A stretch of DNA of 64,000 bases. Source: Lepidodermella squamata. Lineage: Eukaryota > Animalia > Gastrotricha. The translations under genes and the position numbers were made by a program. Location of the stretch: contig JBLDXI010000024.1 in assembly GCA_047495785.1 (NCBI GenBank), positions 4,526,001-4,590,000 on the forward strand. Direction: 5' to 3'. How positions within the stretch are numbered: the first letter of the stretch is position 1; the number at the start of each line of letters is the position of its first letter. This document shows, piece by piece, positions 12,401-23,500 of this stretch. Under the pieces are notes generated by a model that was not told the origin of the DNA, did no database searches, and was given only the letters and a program-made list of their open reading frames with translations.

Positions 12401-15400
12401 GATAAACCATGCTTGTATGAATAAATTTATTGTGTTAAAGACGTCTAAGCTGTATGGGAACTTCAATGAAATGGTTGAACAAATGCTGAAAATGGTCGAA
12501 ATCAACGTGAAATCCGGCAAAAACTTCACGTTCAACGGGAAATTTTTCTCAATCGCACTCAGCGTCGTTGATATGAGAACGTTGGCAAAGTTGAAGATCG
12601 AAACCATTCATGCCTCAGTGGAGTTTCCAAACACGACATCAGCAGTTGAATTCATCGATTCAAAAGCTTCGCAGGTTAGCCTTAAAGATTCTGACACTGT
12701 CACGGTTGCTCTTACGGCCTACATCGTCAATGTCCTCGATCCGGATCAACCATTCAACCTGCCGACAATTTCAGTCAAGGTTCTCTATCAGAAGAAAGAG
12801 CTAGTTCTAAAGAAAGGCTACGCCACTAAGATAACAGGCAAACCTTCTGCAACCCGAACAGCAAAGCTGAGTGGCCAAAAATCGGAGTCTCAGTGCGTCG
12901 TAAGTGAGATGAAATGCGATGTCACTGCGAATGCTGATGCCATAGGATCGCTGGCGCTTTTCCCAGTCTCTACGGGTTCAGGCGATTTCATTTTGACTTT
13001 TCCGACCATCAGATACAACTATACGGCTTATCTTTCCCTTAACAGTACCCCCACTGTCAGAAACTACACCTGGTCAATTTATGTAACTCAGAAAACTGTC
13101 AATTGCAGCGTTAATGCCACGCTTGGTGAACTCAAGTCAACCTACAATCCAGAAGTTGAATTGAGAGTGGTCATCCCTCAGACTGCTCTATTCGATTTCG
13201 CTGAATTGCAAGGACTGTCTTCAAGCGAAAATGTCACTTTCAAGCTACATGTTTACACTAAAAAAGACTTTTCAAGTTTCTCGACTATGGACGACCTGCC
13301 AGCAGATGCTTGCGAACTACAGCGATGCTACGGTTACCACCTCAAGATAGGATTCGCTAGGGCAAAATCAACAAGTTCAAGGAGAAGACGCGATGCATCG
13401 GGTTCAAGCTCTGATGACGATTTTGAGGTCGACCCCAGTTCGAATGAATCAGCCGTTGTCTTCAAATCTTCCTACTTTGGCGATTTTGGGGCCGACCTTG
13501 TGGTGTCACCAAATTCAATCGAATTTTCGGATATTTTCGCCAATTTCGCTACTCTCGTATCAGATAATGCTTACGTCCTCGCTTTTCAAGTTGCCGCTGT
13601 GGTCTTTTGCATCATTGGCATTATTGTTGTCAGCCAATTTGATAAGCTCGACATCAAGGAGTGGGCTTTCATGTCTCTGAAGAGCAACAAGCCGTACGAA
13701 GTGCATAAATATCTCGTTTCCGTCGATCATTTCGGCGTTAAAAGCTACCACCTGAAGCCTGTGGTCCTACTCCGAGCTTACGGTGATATCAGCGACACGA
13801 ACTGGCGCGTCCTTGAAGATTGCGAGCGAGATTCAAATTTCAACGGCAAGCGTCCAGCTAATTTCATGTTGACCACCACCATGCCGCTCGGCCACATCGA
13901 GGCAATCGAAATTAGACTACACAGCCGATACAGGGCAGCGCCAGGCAATAAGCCACTCGAGATGCAAATTGCCAAAGTGGTTATAGTGGATGTTGCGAAA
14001 AGCCAAAAATTCGTGTTCTTAACCAAGTCGCCTATGAAAAGTGGTGACATGGTGTCTAAGCAGCTAGCATCTGAGGATGACATTAAAGGCTTCCGATATC
14101 TGGTCAGCGCTCATTCTCGAGTTGGCGTTTTCAGCTCTCACCCTTGGCTATCGATCGCGAGGCGTCCTCTTCCCAGCAACTGGACCCGATGCGAACGGCT
14201 GGCTTGTGTAACCAGCGCTCTATTCATGGCAATGCTAGTCAATGCGATGTTCTACGGGAAGGAAAGTCAATCGCCCCGGGTTGGCATAAAAATCGGGGGA
14301 TACTTCCGCCTGTCCTGGTTCACAGTCTACACAAGCTTCATCGGATGCGTCATTGTCATCCCTCCAACTGCAATTATGGCCTTCATTTTCAAACGAATCA
14401 GACGTCGATCAGCTGAGAATAGCCAGTACACCACGATATTCAATGTTGCCCTAGGATTCCGACAAAGAAATCCTGACGACAAAGAAAAGAAGCCCTTCCA
14501 GCTTCCTTATTATTTCGCAATTGTCGCATGGTTTTGTAAGTCAATAAGTTTAACATAAAACAGCACTCCATTTTCTTCTTTTAAGTGGTTGCTGGGTGCA
14601 TCGGGGCATCATCTTTCTTCATCGTCATGTACAGTTTGATGTGGGGCAAGGAGAAGTCTCTGCAATGGCTTAGCGGGATGATCATGAGCGTTGTTCAAGA
14701 CATAATCATAATCCAAACAGTCAAGGTCGCGCTGTTGTCTCTATGCAGTTCAACTTTACTATCCCTTCCGGATGATGGTCTGGATATTGGCAAGATGGCA
14801 TTCTCCAAGAATAACTCTAGCAAGAAAACGGAGCTCTTCAAGCGCATGCGGAACATCATCGCAGGGATTTTCCACCACATCATTTACGTCGTGGCTTTTG
14901 CAATCGTAATCTCAGCAACGCAAAACACTCTAGCCTATCAGCAAGTTGGCGATTTGAAGCCACTCGTTGAGATGCCTACTGTACCTCAGATGGGCGTGAT
15001 TAATGACTACAGCCAGATTTATTCATGGTTGAACAACAATCTGTTGCCACAGTTTTTCACTGCGAACCAGCTGAAAAAGGGCCTGAACTTCAACCTGAAA
15101 AATATCTACCAAGTTCTAAATCACGACGTCGTGGTTCTTGGTCCAGTTCGCTTGCGACAGCAACGAGTTCAACCTTGTAAGCACGACCATGAAGAATGTT
15201 GTTGAGAAATTTTCATTTTCTTGCAGATTATTGTCCCTTGGAGACGTCGCCAATACCACTGATCAATCAGAAATTCACCAAACTGCTCATTTTGAACACG
15301 ACGAAGTGCCAAAATCCATATGTTGACCAACTTGGTATCGGCGAAACCACTGAACGGCGGCAATTTTCGAATTTATATTGGACCTTCAACGAAAGTATTA

Positions 15401-17090
15401 CAGCTTGGTTGGCTGAGAACGTCACGACTGAGCAGGCTCCGTGGATTTATCGAGAAGACAGCGGCATTCCTTACTCGGGATTTCAAGCTAGTTACTCGAG
15501 CGGTGGCTATTACGTAGACCTCCCAGTCACACTTAAAAAAGCGAGGGCGTTCGTCACTCAGCTCCAGTCGAGAAGATGGCTGGATAACGCAACTTCAGTC
15601 TTGTTTGTTGACATGGTCCTGTTCAATGCTCAGGTCAATTTGTTCATCGCTGTCAAAGTGGTGTTCGAAGCCTTAAGTGCTGGAGGTATGACCTATCACG
15701 CAAGAATGTACCCTCTGCAGCTCTATCAATACATCGGGGCTAGCTCGATCTTCGTTTTCGCGATTCAAGGCATCTGGATCTTGCTGGTCATCTCGCATCT
15801 GATTAAGATTTTCATTCAGATGAAAAAGCAAGGAATCACAAAGTTCCGAAAAGATGGATGGAATTTGCTGGAGCTGTGCCAGATATTGATATCCTTGGCC
15901 ATCGTTGGATTGTTTATAGCTCGAATTCTGGTAGTGATGAAGGCTGTAACCCGGCTTCAGACCGACCGAACTTCATTCGTGAACTTTGATCTTCTGGTCA
16001 ACTGGGAAGCTTTGATGGCTAACCTGTATGGAATCACATTTTTCATGACGATGCTGCTGTTTTTCCGCCATCTCACCTTCAACAAGTACTGGTGCATCTT
16101 CTTGGGAACGCTCTCCAAGGGCAAGGCGGATATATATTCATTCCTGTTCACTTTCGTCATCATCACACTGTTGTTCGCCACACTGGGTTATCTGAGCCTA
16201 AATACGACGTGTGACGAGTTTCAATCATTCACTGCTTCGATTATGACCCTTGTTCAGAATATCATCGGAGTGACTGGGTCCTTGATGTCGCTGAGCTTTA
16301 CATCTCGTTATATCATGTTGTTCTGCATGGCTTACTCAACTATTGTCATGTTTTTGGCTGTTCAGGTCTTCATGACCATCATTTCGGTCACTTACAGCCA
16401 GGTGGCTGAAAACGCTGAAGAAAACACCAACTGGGACTATGAACTATCCGGTTACATGGCTGAAGAGATAACGCGTACTTTCGGCAAAGCTGAGGAAAAG
16501 AAGAAAAGAGCTGCGCCCATTTTCAGGCCTATCGGAGAGAGAAATCTGGCGAGATGTAAGCTGTTTCCTAAATTTTTGGCTTTTTATATCATTTCGCTCT
16601 AGTGGAAATGTCGATTCACCGTTTGTCGCGCTATGTCGAGTCGCGCGTTGCAGATGATACTATCGAGCGAGTTGCGAAACGCGATCGATGCCTCGTGCAC
16701 TGGATGGACATGAAATTGCGTGGATTACGGCTTCGCAAATTTATGAACACCGTTATGCGTCAAAAGCCAAAAGCCACCAACGCACCTGCGAAGATTGAAG
16801 ATCCGAAGATGTTCAGGCATAGTGGCAACATTGCCAGTCAACGAGGTCATTTCACTGAAAAGGCCCATCCACGTCGAATGTCTGAGCCCTTCCCTCAAAA
16901 TTGGGTGTATCACATGCAGTCTGGTCCGGATGCTAAGCCATTCGTCAATCCTGGGAGAAAGTCGCTGTTTGGCATAGTTCTCCCGAGTAACAAGCAACGT
17001 GGCAGCTTGCCAGTTGGTTCTCTGCTTGGAACTTACGATCTCAAGAAGCAGGGTGGCGGAAATCGACTAAATCCCCACCCCGCGCACTAG
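3424..17090 (+). CDS. Polycystin-1-like receptor/channel subunit A (multi-exon): SP-EGFx~7-F5/8C-EGF-like-FReDx3-degenerate CCP-FReD-PAN-CCP-EGFx5-GAIN-like-TM1-PLAT-TM2-5-polycystin channel (6 TM)
   Basis: Leader exon [16 protein letters not shown] (3424-3472) and phase-compatible GT-AG exons. FReD motifs YC.M...[10 protein letters not shown]...FWLGN...GGWW; '[15 protein letters not shown]' before TM1; PLAT; '[15 protein letters not shown]'; TOP-domain motifs '[11 protein letters not shown]', '[10 protein letters not shown]', '[15 protein letters not shown]'; stop TAG at 17088-17090. Confidence 0.9.
4251..4942. mobile_element. Nested MITE-like inverted-repeat elements in a gene A intron
   Basis: Inner IR tcggtttttagaccaaaataaaatttga (4351) / tcaaattgtattttggtctaaaaaccga (~4599); outer degenerate IR atttctgggcccgctcatgtttcgtcc (~4258) / ggacgaaacactggcgagcccggaaat (~4909). 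Confidence 0.6.
7649..10900 (+). CDS. Gene A: four tandem fibrinogen C-terminal (FReD) domains (approx. 7649-8484, 8536-9212, 9269-10019, 10289-10900)
   Basis: Each repeat begins P.DC and contains GWTV(F/I)Q, (F/Y)(W/Y)(L/I/V)GN, AGD/VGD and GGWW motifs. Confidence 0.92.
12441..16600 (+). CDS. Gene A: GAIN-like stalk, TM1, PLAT, TM2-5 and polycystin cation-channel domain
   Basis: ORFs 12417-14558, 14585-15205 and 15196-16602, joined by ~50-nt introns; hydrophobic segment pattern and motifs typical of the PKD1 family. Confidence 0.92.
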
Positions 17091-17197
17091 AAGAACTGTT
17101 GTTGAGATTTCAATATCAATACGATCATGAAGCATGTCAATATCAATAGTGAGATATTCAAACATTTTCAGCCCCTATTATTCCATATTATAAAAAT

Positions 17198-17221
17198 CAT
17201 AGAGTCCTTCTGTTCTCTATG
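17198..17221. mobile_element. 24-bp remnant/footprint of the CATAGAG-terminal DNA transposon family
   Basis: catagag-tccttctgtt-ctctatg flanked by a perfect 8-bp direct repeat ataaaaat (17190-17197 and 17222-17229). Confidence 0.7.
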
Positions 17222-17355
17222 ATAAAAATACATTAGTTCCAATTTTCTTTCATTTTCATAAATCATTCGGAAACCAACTAATGCCTATATCTATCTATAT
17301 TGTCATGCCACTAAAAACAGAGCATTGAAAATGATTAGTTTGGAATTTTCTCGAT

Positions 17356-17455
17356 TACCGTAGTTACCGAAATACAAGCCTAGGCGGCACCTCTTTGTCG
17401 GCACTTTGATGTTCTTTGTAGTGCCGCCCAGGCTTGTATTTCGGTAACTACGGTA
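17356..17455. mobile_element. Short Tc1/mariner(pogo)-type MITE
   Basis: 35-bp IR taccgtagttaccgaaatacaagcctaggcggcac / gtgccgcccaggcttgtatttcggtaactacggta; TA-CCGTA termini. Confidence 0.75.
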
Positions 17456-17688
17456 CTTTGTATCTTTGTATCTTCGCATTGTATCTTATCATGCCGCGGG
17501 CATGACACTGAAGTGTTGAACTGCGGTACCTATGCCATATTACAATTTTATCATCATACATATTACGACGCGACGTCATGAGAATTACGTGTGAATTGTA
17601 ATTTTCTTTCATTTTTTTGATAATAAAATTGTGTGTTGCATTAAATGCAACTGTACTTCCGTAGTTTTCTTTCAATTCTGAGAAATTA

Positions 17689-17827
17689 AGGAATCCTTAA
17701 CGGTGTTGAGGGCAGAAACGAGATTTCGGCCCGCTGAAAATGCCCGAGGGCGTAGCGGAGCGAAGCCCGAGGGTATTTTCAAGGGCTGAAATCTAGTTTT
17801 TGCCCGAAAAACAAGTTTAGGATTCCT
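17689..17827. repeat. Imperfect palindromic (hairpin) repeat
   Basis: aggaatcct...gggcagaaacgagatttcggccc...gggctgaaatctagtttttgccc...aggattcct arranged as an imperfect inverted repeat. Confidence 0.55.
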
Positions 17828-19658
17828 GTTCCCACATTGTTGGTTATTTTCCCAAAAAAGCCCATTTTCCGCTCGAAATCTGGATAAAATGCACAACCAC
17901 TCACACACATGGCGTCTGTTTAAATTGAATTAAAAAATCAACCTTAAAAAATCGGTTAACAAATTCTTTTTGTTTCATTCCTCTTTCGAATCGAATTATT
18001 TTCGCACTAAATTTGTTTTGGTGAAAATCACGCTCGGCAACCGCGACTAATCCTCGGAAACGCAGTCGATTCTAACCAAATGCAGTCTACCAATGCAACA
18101 ATCAGCTCGTGAAAATCAGCTCGTGAAAACCGCAATTCTTAAGTAGCAGAAAATGGCCGAATTTCCTCTACGCAAATTCGACTAGGGCGATCAATCCGCC
18201 GGCGATGACGGCGATAACGGCTTTTTATTTGAAGACGTTGCTGATCACTGCAACGAAACACCGCGGAAATTGCGCTTCATACATTTGAAACGGTGGAACG
18301 GAATTCAAGGAAACGATTCGCCGACTATGCTGATCAACGGCTTTCGGAGGAATATCTCCGTGCGAAACGACTTCGCATTGGCTTTGTTTGGCCATGACCA
18401 GCTCGAGGAACCGGTTTGAATGACGTCAGTTCACGGTCGACGCCAGTTTTCAAGGAAATACTGCACTGTGCATGCCAAAACTCCAGAACTGACTTTTCGA
18501 TTTGTATAAGCTAATCTCTCACAATTTACGTGTTAAATAAAATTGGCTATTGTTAAAATGCTTTATTTGGTTCAAATTGTAGTTTTCTTGGTCTAATTTC
18601 TTGAAGGAGTCTGGTTTGTCCAGTAATTTACTGATTTGGAAATAAACTAAAATTAAAAATAAAAGATCCACCTTAAACGCGTGAGCGGGCGGAATCACCG
18701 GGCGGAAACACCGGGCGGAATCACATTTTCCATTGAAGCAAAAAATAACCAACCATGTGGGAACGATTCTGCTATCGTCCCGCGGTAAAAAAGTATCGAT
18801 ACGAATTCGATACAAATAACATGCGTGATTTCAAGGTGGACTTTTAATTTTATTCTTCGAATTGCCCAAACAACTAGTTTTGTTTTTTGTAAGGGGGAAA
18901 CGCTCCAAGAAATCATTATGCAGCCAGTTATTCCTCTTTGTTGCAGTTACTATTTAAAAATCCTGAACAATAGCACTCGCACCAGACTGCCAGCACGGTC
19001 AACTACGGCGCTGATAGTTTCAGACTACAAAATGCGATTTCACAGGTTCCTGAAACTAAATTCCTCATCGCTGGTTAAAACGGGTTCCCTGGAATCTCTG
19101 AACTATCAGATGCATACGCTGGAACCTGCCTGCCATAAACCACCTTGTCAACCTGGGCTCCATAAAGTTCCCCATAACATAGTATTTTAAGCTGATATTA
19201 GAGTTTGGTTTACAGCCCGATTTCATGGGTTCTAGAGAACTCCCAAGCCTTTCGCGGGTGGTCAACATCTTTATAGAAGACATCTTCGTAGGCAGATCGC
19301 TGCAATCAGTGTTGAGCGCGCATCTATCACTCGGCACTCGGGAATCAACCGATATACATTCAGCCTATGCCATTCAGCTGGCTATACATGCTGATTTTCA
19401 AAAAGTTGTATCCTAACTGTGCTTTTCAGTTTTTGACTTGTTTTCAGGTAGCCTACCTCTTATCGTTGGAGAATTCGAGAATTTGGGAAAATTACGGTTC
19501 TGATCTTTTGGAAAATGTTTTCAGCTGACCGTAGTACTGTGCTAGCGCTGAAATAGAAGTCGCCGTAGCCCTACTGTAGCGGCCCCGTAGTTGTGCTATT
19601 TGAGTGCTATTATTTTCGTATCCTGGGTAAACGCTCCAAGAAATCATTATGCTGCCAG

Positions 19659-20078
19659 CATAGAGAAAATAATGACCAGAGTAAGCAGTCAAGCTTAAAT
19701 TTTGATCTGCATTATTATGGAAGTGCGTTCTCAAAACGGATATCTCCGTCTTTTACCAAATTTTGCATGCCTATAGAACGCGAGCTGCTCTTTCTTGTGG
19801 TATAAGATTTGAGGTGGGCAATTGCTGCTCAGTCTTGATCTCATCAAAACAAGTAAAACCATAGTGAAAACGAGGTTTTTGTATTTTTTTGTAACAACGG
19901 TTCGGTTGTCCACCTCAAATCTTATACCACTGCTGAAAGAGCAGCTCGCGTTCTGTAGGCATGCATAATTTTGGTAAAAAAACGGAGATATCCGTTTTGA
20001 GAAAGTCAACTTTGAATAAAAATGAAGATTTAGAAATTTTAGCTTGAGTGCTTACTGTGGTCATTTTTTTTCTCTATG
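19659..20078. mobile_element. MITE, CATAGAG...CTCTATG termini, 8-bp TSD (P-element or hAT superfamily), copy 1
   Basis: Terminal IR catagagaaaataatgaccagagtaagca / tgcttactgtggtcatttttttctctatg, internal palindrome, TSD gctgccag on both sides; highly similar copy at 37988-38395. Confidence 0.9.
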
Positions 20079-20539
20079 GCTGCCAGTTATTCGAAATACT
20101 TTATTGTTTATTGCAGTTACTGGAATTGATAATTAAAAAGCGTAATTGCTCCCTTGCAAACGTCTATAGGAGGGCAGAACTAAAGAGGTGATTGCTAGCT
20201 TACATTGTTGATCGCTCACGTAAGGATCATCCGAATGCTGCTCCATCTCCGAACTGGGAGTAGCATGCGGGAGAGGCTGCTCCTCAGCTTTTTCGAGAAG
20301 ATCACTCGTTGACGCATTGTCTGTAGTATTACTTTCTTGGGCTTCAATTCATCCGCCAATTAGATTTCCGCACGTACAATAACTGCGCTATTTATTTACG
20401 AATCTTTTATATATCATTTAATAATAATGAAAGCAGGTGTACTTTATTACAGCAGCATTCGGCATCACTGTACTCTCATCATCAAAACCAAAAAAACGTT
20501 TAGACGGGTGCCGAATATACCCACCTCGACGATCCTAGT

Positions 20540-23500
20540 TCATAGTTGCATGGCTGTTTAGCGGTTTGTTAGTATCACCTTTTTTAGGTGACTCCAGGGA
20601 GCACCACGAGGAGGTCAACCGCTCAGCTCCCCGAAACAAAAATGAAGCGCAAAAATAAATCGTAAAGCTACCGCACAGTGGTGCATTTAACTCAGATGGC
20701 GTTGCGTTTGGCCTTTGGCCTGACTAACTTACCATTGAAAAAATTACCCTTCAAACTTACAAATGCATTTAGATGGTAACCATGGCTGGGTCCAACCGGT
20801 GTAATTCAGCACTCCCCAGGTTTTGTTAGCTTCAATGAGGCAAATTTTAATCCCGATATTCTGTATGAGAATCGGATGAGAACCTACCAACACATGCGAT
20901 AACAACCGAGCTGTCCCAAGATAACGGATCGAGAGTATCGATGTCGTAACATTCGTACGTGAAATTTGTAGCGAACTCATATATCGCATTAGCTGCTGCT
21001 GGGACTACGCCAGATAGTTTGACGTTCGGGAACATTGGAGGGCTGTCGCAATTCAAAGGAATGCAAGTACCAGGTGTTTTCGGCTCCCACTGCTGGCTAT
21101 CACCACAGTAGATAGTTTTCGATTTAACGTAACTATCCTCAGATTTGAACGTATAACCACGGACGCAAGTGTATTCCCAGGTTGTGTGAGCTCTGTTTTG
21201 AACATCGTAAGGCAGCGGATCGGGAATGGTGAAGTTATTCCATGAATAATCCACCACAGGCGGCATGGGACATCGCGTGGATTTGCAGATAATTTCTTCA
21301 CCAGTCCACTCACCGTAAGGCTTAGCGCAGATTCGAACAGGCAAGCCGGTTGATACCATCATAAAGTCATCGGCGCATTGATAGAATAGGGTCATAGTTC
21401 CGCCCGAAACTTCGACATTCGGCAGACGGACAGCGCTACTGTTCGATAAATCGGGGTATAACCCACACAACGTCCGACAATCCAGCCAATCGCCGACCCA
21501 TCTTTGAGTGTTGCTATCGCATGACAAAACTGTGGTATCACCCTGCCACTTCGAGTTAGTGAAACCAGGCAAGCACGTGTAATTCACTGAGATTTTCGAA
21601 CTGAAGTCTGATGTGATGATTTCCTGCGAAGTTCCTGTCATTGTTGGCGGAGGACCACATTGACCGGGGAAGTAGCCGCAATCATCCATCCTGAAGTATG
21701 TGTCAGTTCCTGCTTCAGCTGCGCCCTTGCCAGGGACACAAGTGTCATTTCGTATCGTGCAGTCCCCATTGCCAGAGCCCTTCAGAGTGAAAACGGCCGT
21801 TTTGCAAGTCCAGCTACCATATCCTGCGCAGTAGCTCGTGCAATCAGTAGCTGTAACTTGTTTGGTCAACGTGTAGAAAATGCCTTCTTCACATTTGAAA
21901 TTCGATATTTTCAAGAATCTGCCAGGCTTTGTTGGCCGGCGAATTTTCATGGAGGTCCAGGATAAATTCGGATTATAGCCATTTTTGAATGTATACCAAT
22001 ACATTTGGGCGCTGTCAGGTGTTTGCTTGCCATAAATTGCGTTCAGATTTGAAGTCTCGTCAGTCGAGCTTGATGAGGCGCACGGGGTGGGTTGATCGAA
22101 CCACCAGCCCCCGCATAAATCAAAGCTAAAGAAATTCCCATTCAACGCTTTTAAAGAGTCCCCGGCAGTCGAGCAATCCTGATACTTCGCAATGTTCAAG
22201 GTGTAAGCATCACTTTCGGTGTAAAACAGTTTGTAATAGGCGAAGGCGTACTCCTTATCTGACCGCATTTCAACGAGAAGTTCGAAATCAGCTGCCGCCG
22301 TCAGACCTTTGATAAGCTTGTTACCCATCCAGTAATTGTTGGATGCAGAACCGATCTGATAATCGAAACCAGCCAGGTCGAGCATGAAAGTCGTAGTTTC
22401 ATCAACTCGGCGCTGAATCTGGGTCCAGCCTCCACCGAATGTCTCCATATCGCAATAGGCTTTGAAGGTAACGGGCGATCCGGCTCCGTTGTCTGCAACC
22501 AGGTCGCTGAAGGTTTGCGATAGGTAACGACTGGTTATTGGGAGATTGGCCTGCTTCCATGTACAGTCGTTTGGTTCAGCGTAAGCTTTTAGAGTAACAC
22601 AAAATAGTTAAGATTCAATCATTAAAGAACAACAGAACTCTTACGTTTGCAAACAAGGTCACTTCCAGAATAGACCCCACTGCGATCGTTCAGCATTAGC
22701 CTTGTGCTATCCCCGGAAATTTGTCGATACGCATGATCACACTTGTGGCTGTATGTGGCTTTCTTCCAGTTACAAACTTGGGTCGTCGAAGCTTTGGGAC
22801 GATATAGGGCATCGGTGTATCTTGGTTTTATTGCGATCTGAGTAGCTTGGCATGACTTATCCAAACTGGTCAAGGTTGCCCAGTTGAGGCCATAACCCCA
22901 GGTGGTACTTCCCCAATTTGCGGCGTTGAGGTTCCCCAGAGTCCGACAACCTGGTTTGTTATCGGGCCACGTCCAGCTACCATCAATAGGCGGGTACCAC
23001 CAAGCGCCAAACCATTTAGTGTCTTGCCAGTTCATGCAAGCCTTCATCGACCCTCTATCAGGCGTCTGAAATGGCTGGTTGTTGTGTTCCCATTGGCCGA
23101 ATGAATCTCCAGCGGCTAGGTCACTCGATAACGACGAGTCGAAATTCTTCAGCCTAATCCGATAATCTTGCTTCTCGGGGTAGATTTTTACGTCATTATA
23201 ATAGGCGTATTTCCATTTTGAATCTATGGGACTTTTGCAAGCTACTAGCAGAGAGTAGGGCGAAGACATTGTAAGGCGACTGACGATGTCCAGCCCAAGC
23301 CAATGGTCCCCTTTCAGACCCTTCGTAGGGCTTGAGAATCCGTTTTTATAATCGTCCCAGCCCCGCCAGAAATCTGTCTCGCCGTCGAAGCGTCTCTGAA
23401 TTACAGTCCAACCTGTTCCTCGGTTAGGATAAGTTGTCGAAGAATAGTCGGTGTCATAATCGCAGTACGCTGTGAATTCAGTGCCATCAGACAGCGCTAA

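Noticed and set aside
18686-18724. Three tandem gggcggaa(t/a)cac units (GC-box-like)
   Set aside because: No associated gene start; probably part of a repeat.
19492-20009. Similar short ORFs here and at 38059-38287
   Set aside because: Translations of the two MITE copies, not genes.
20204-20342. Acidic exon-like minus-strand segment (QESNTTDNASTSDLLEKAEEQ...) with phase-1 ends
   Set aside because: Could extend gene C, but it lies beyond a plausible stop/polyA signal, has a weak acceptor and no identifiable next exon; left unannotated, and it encodes no TM.
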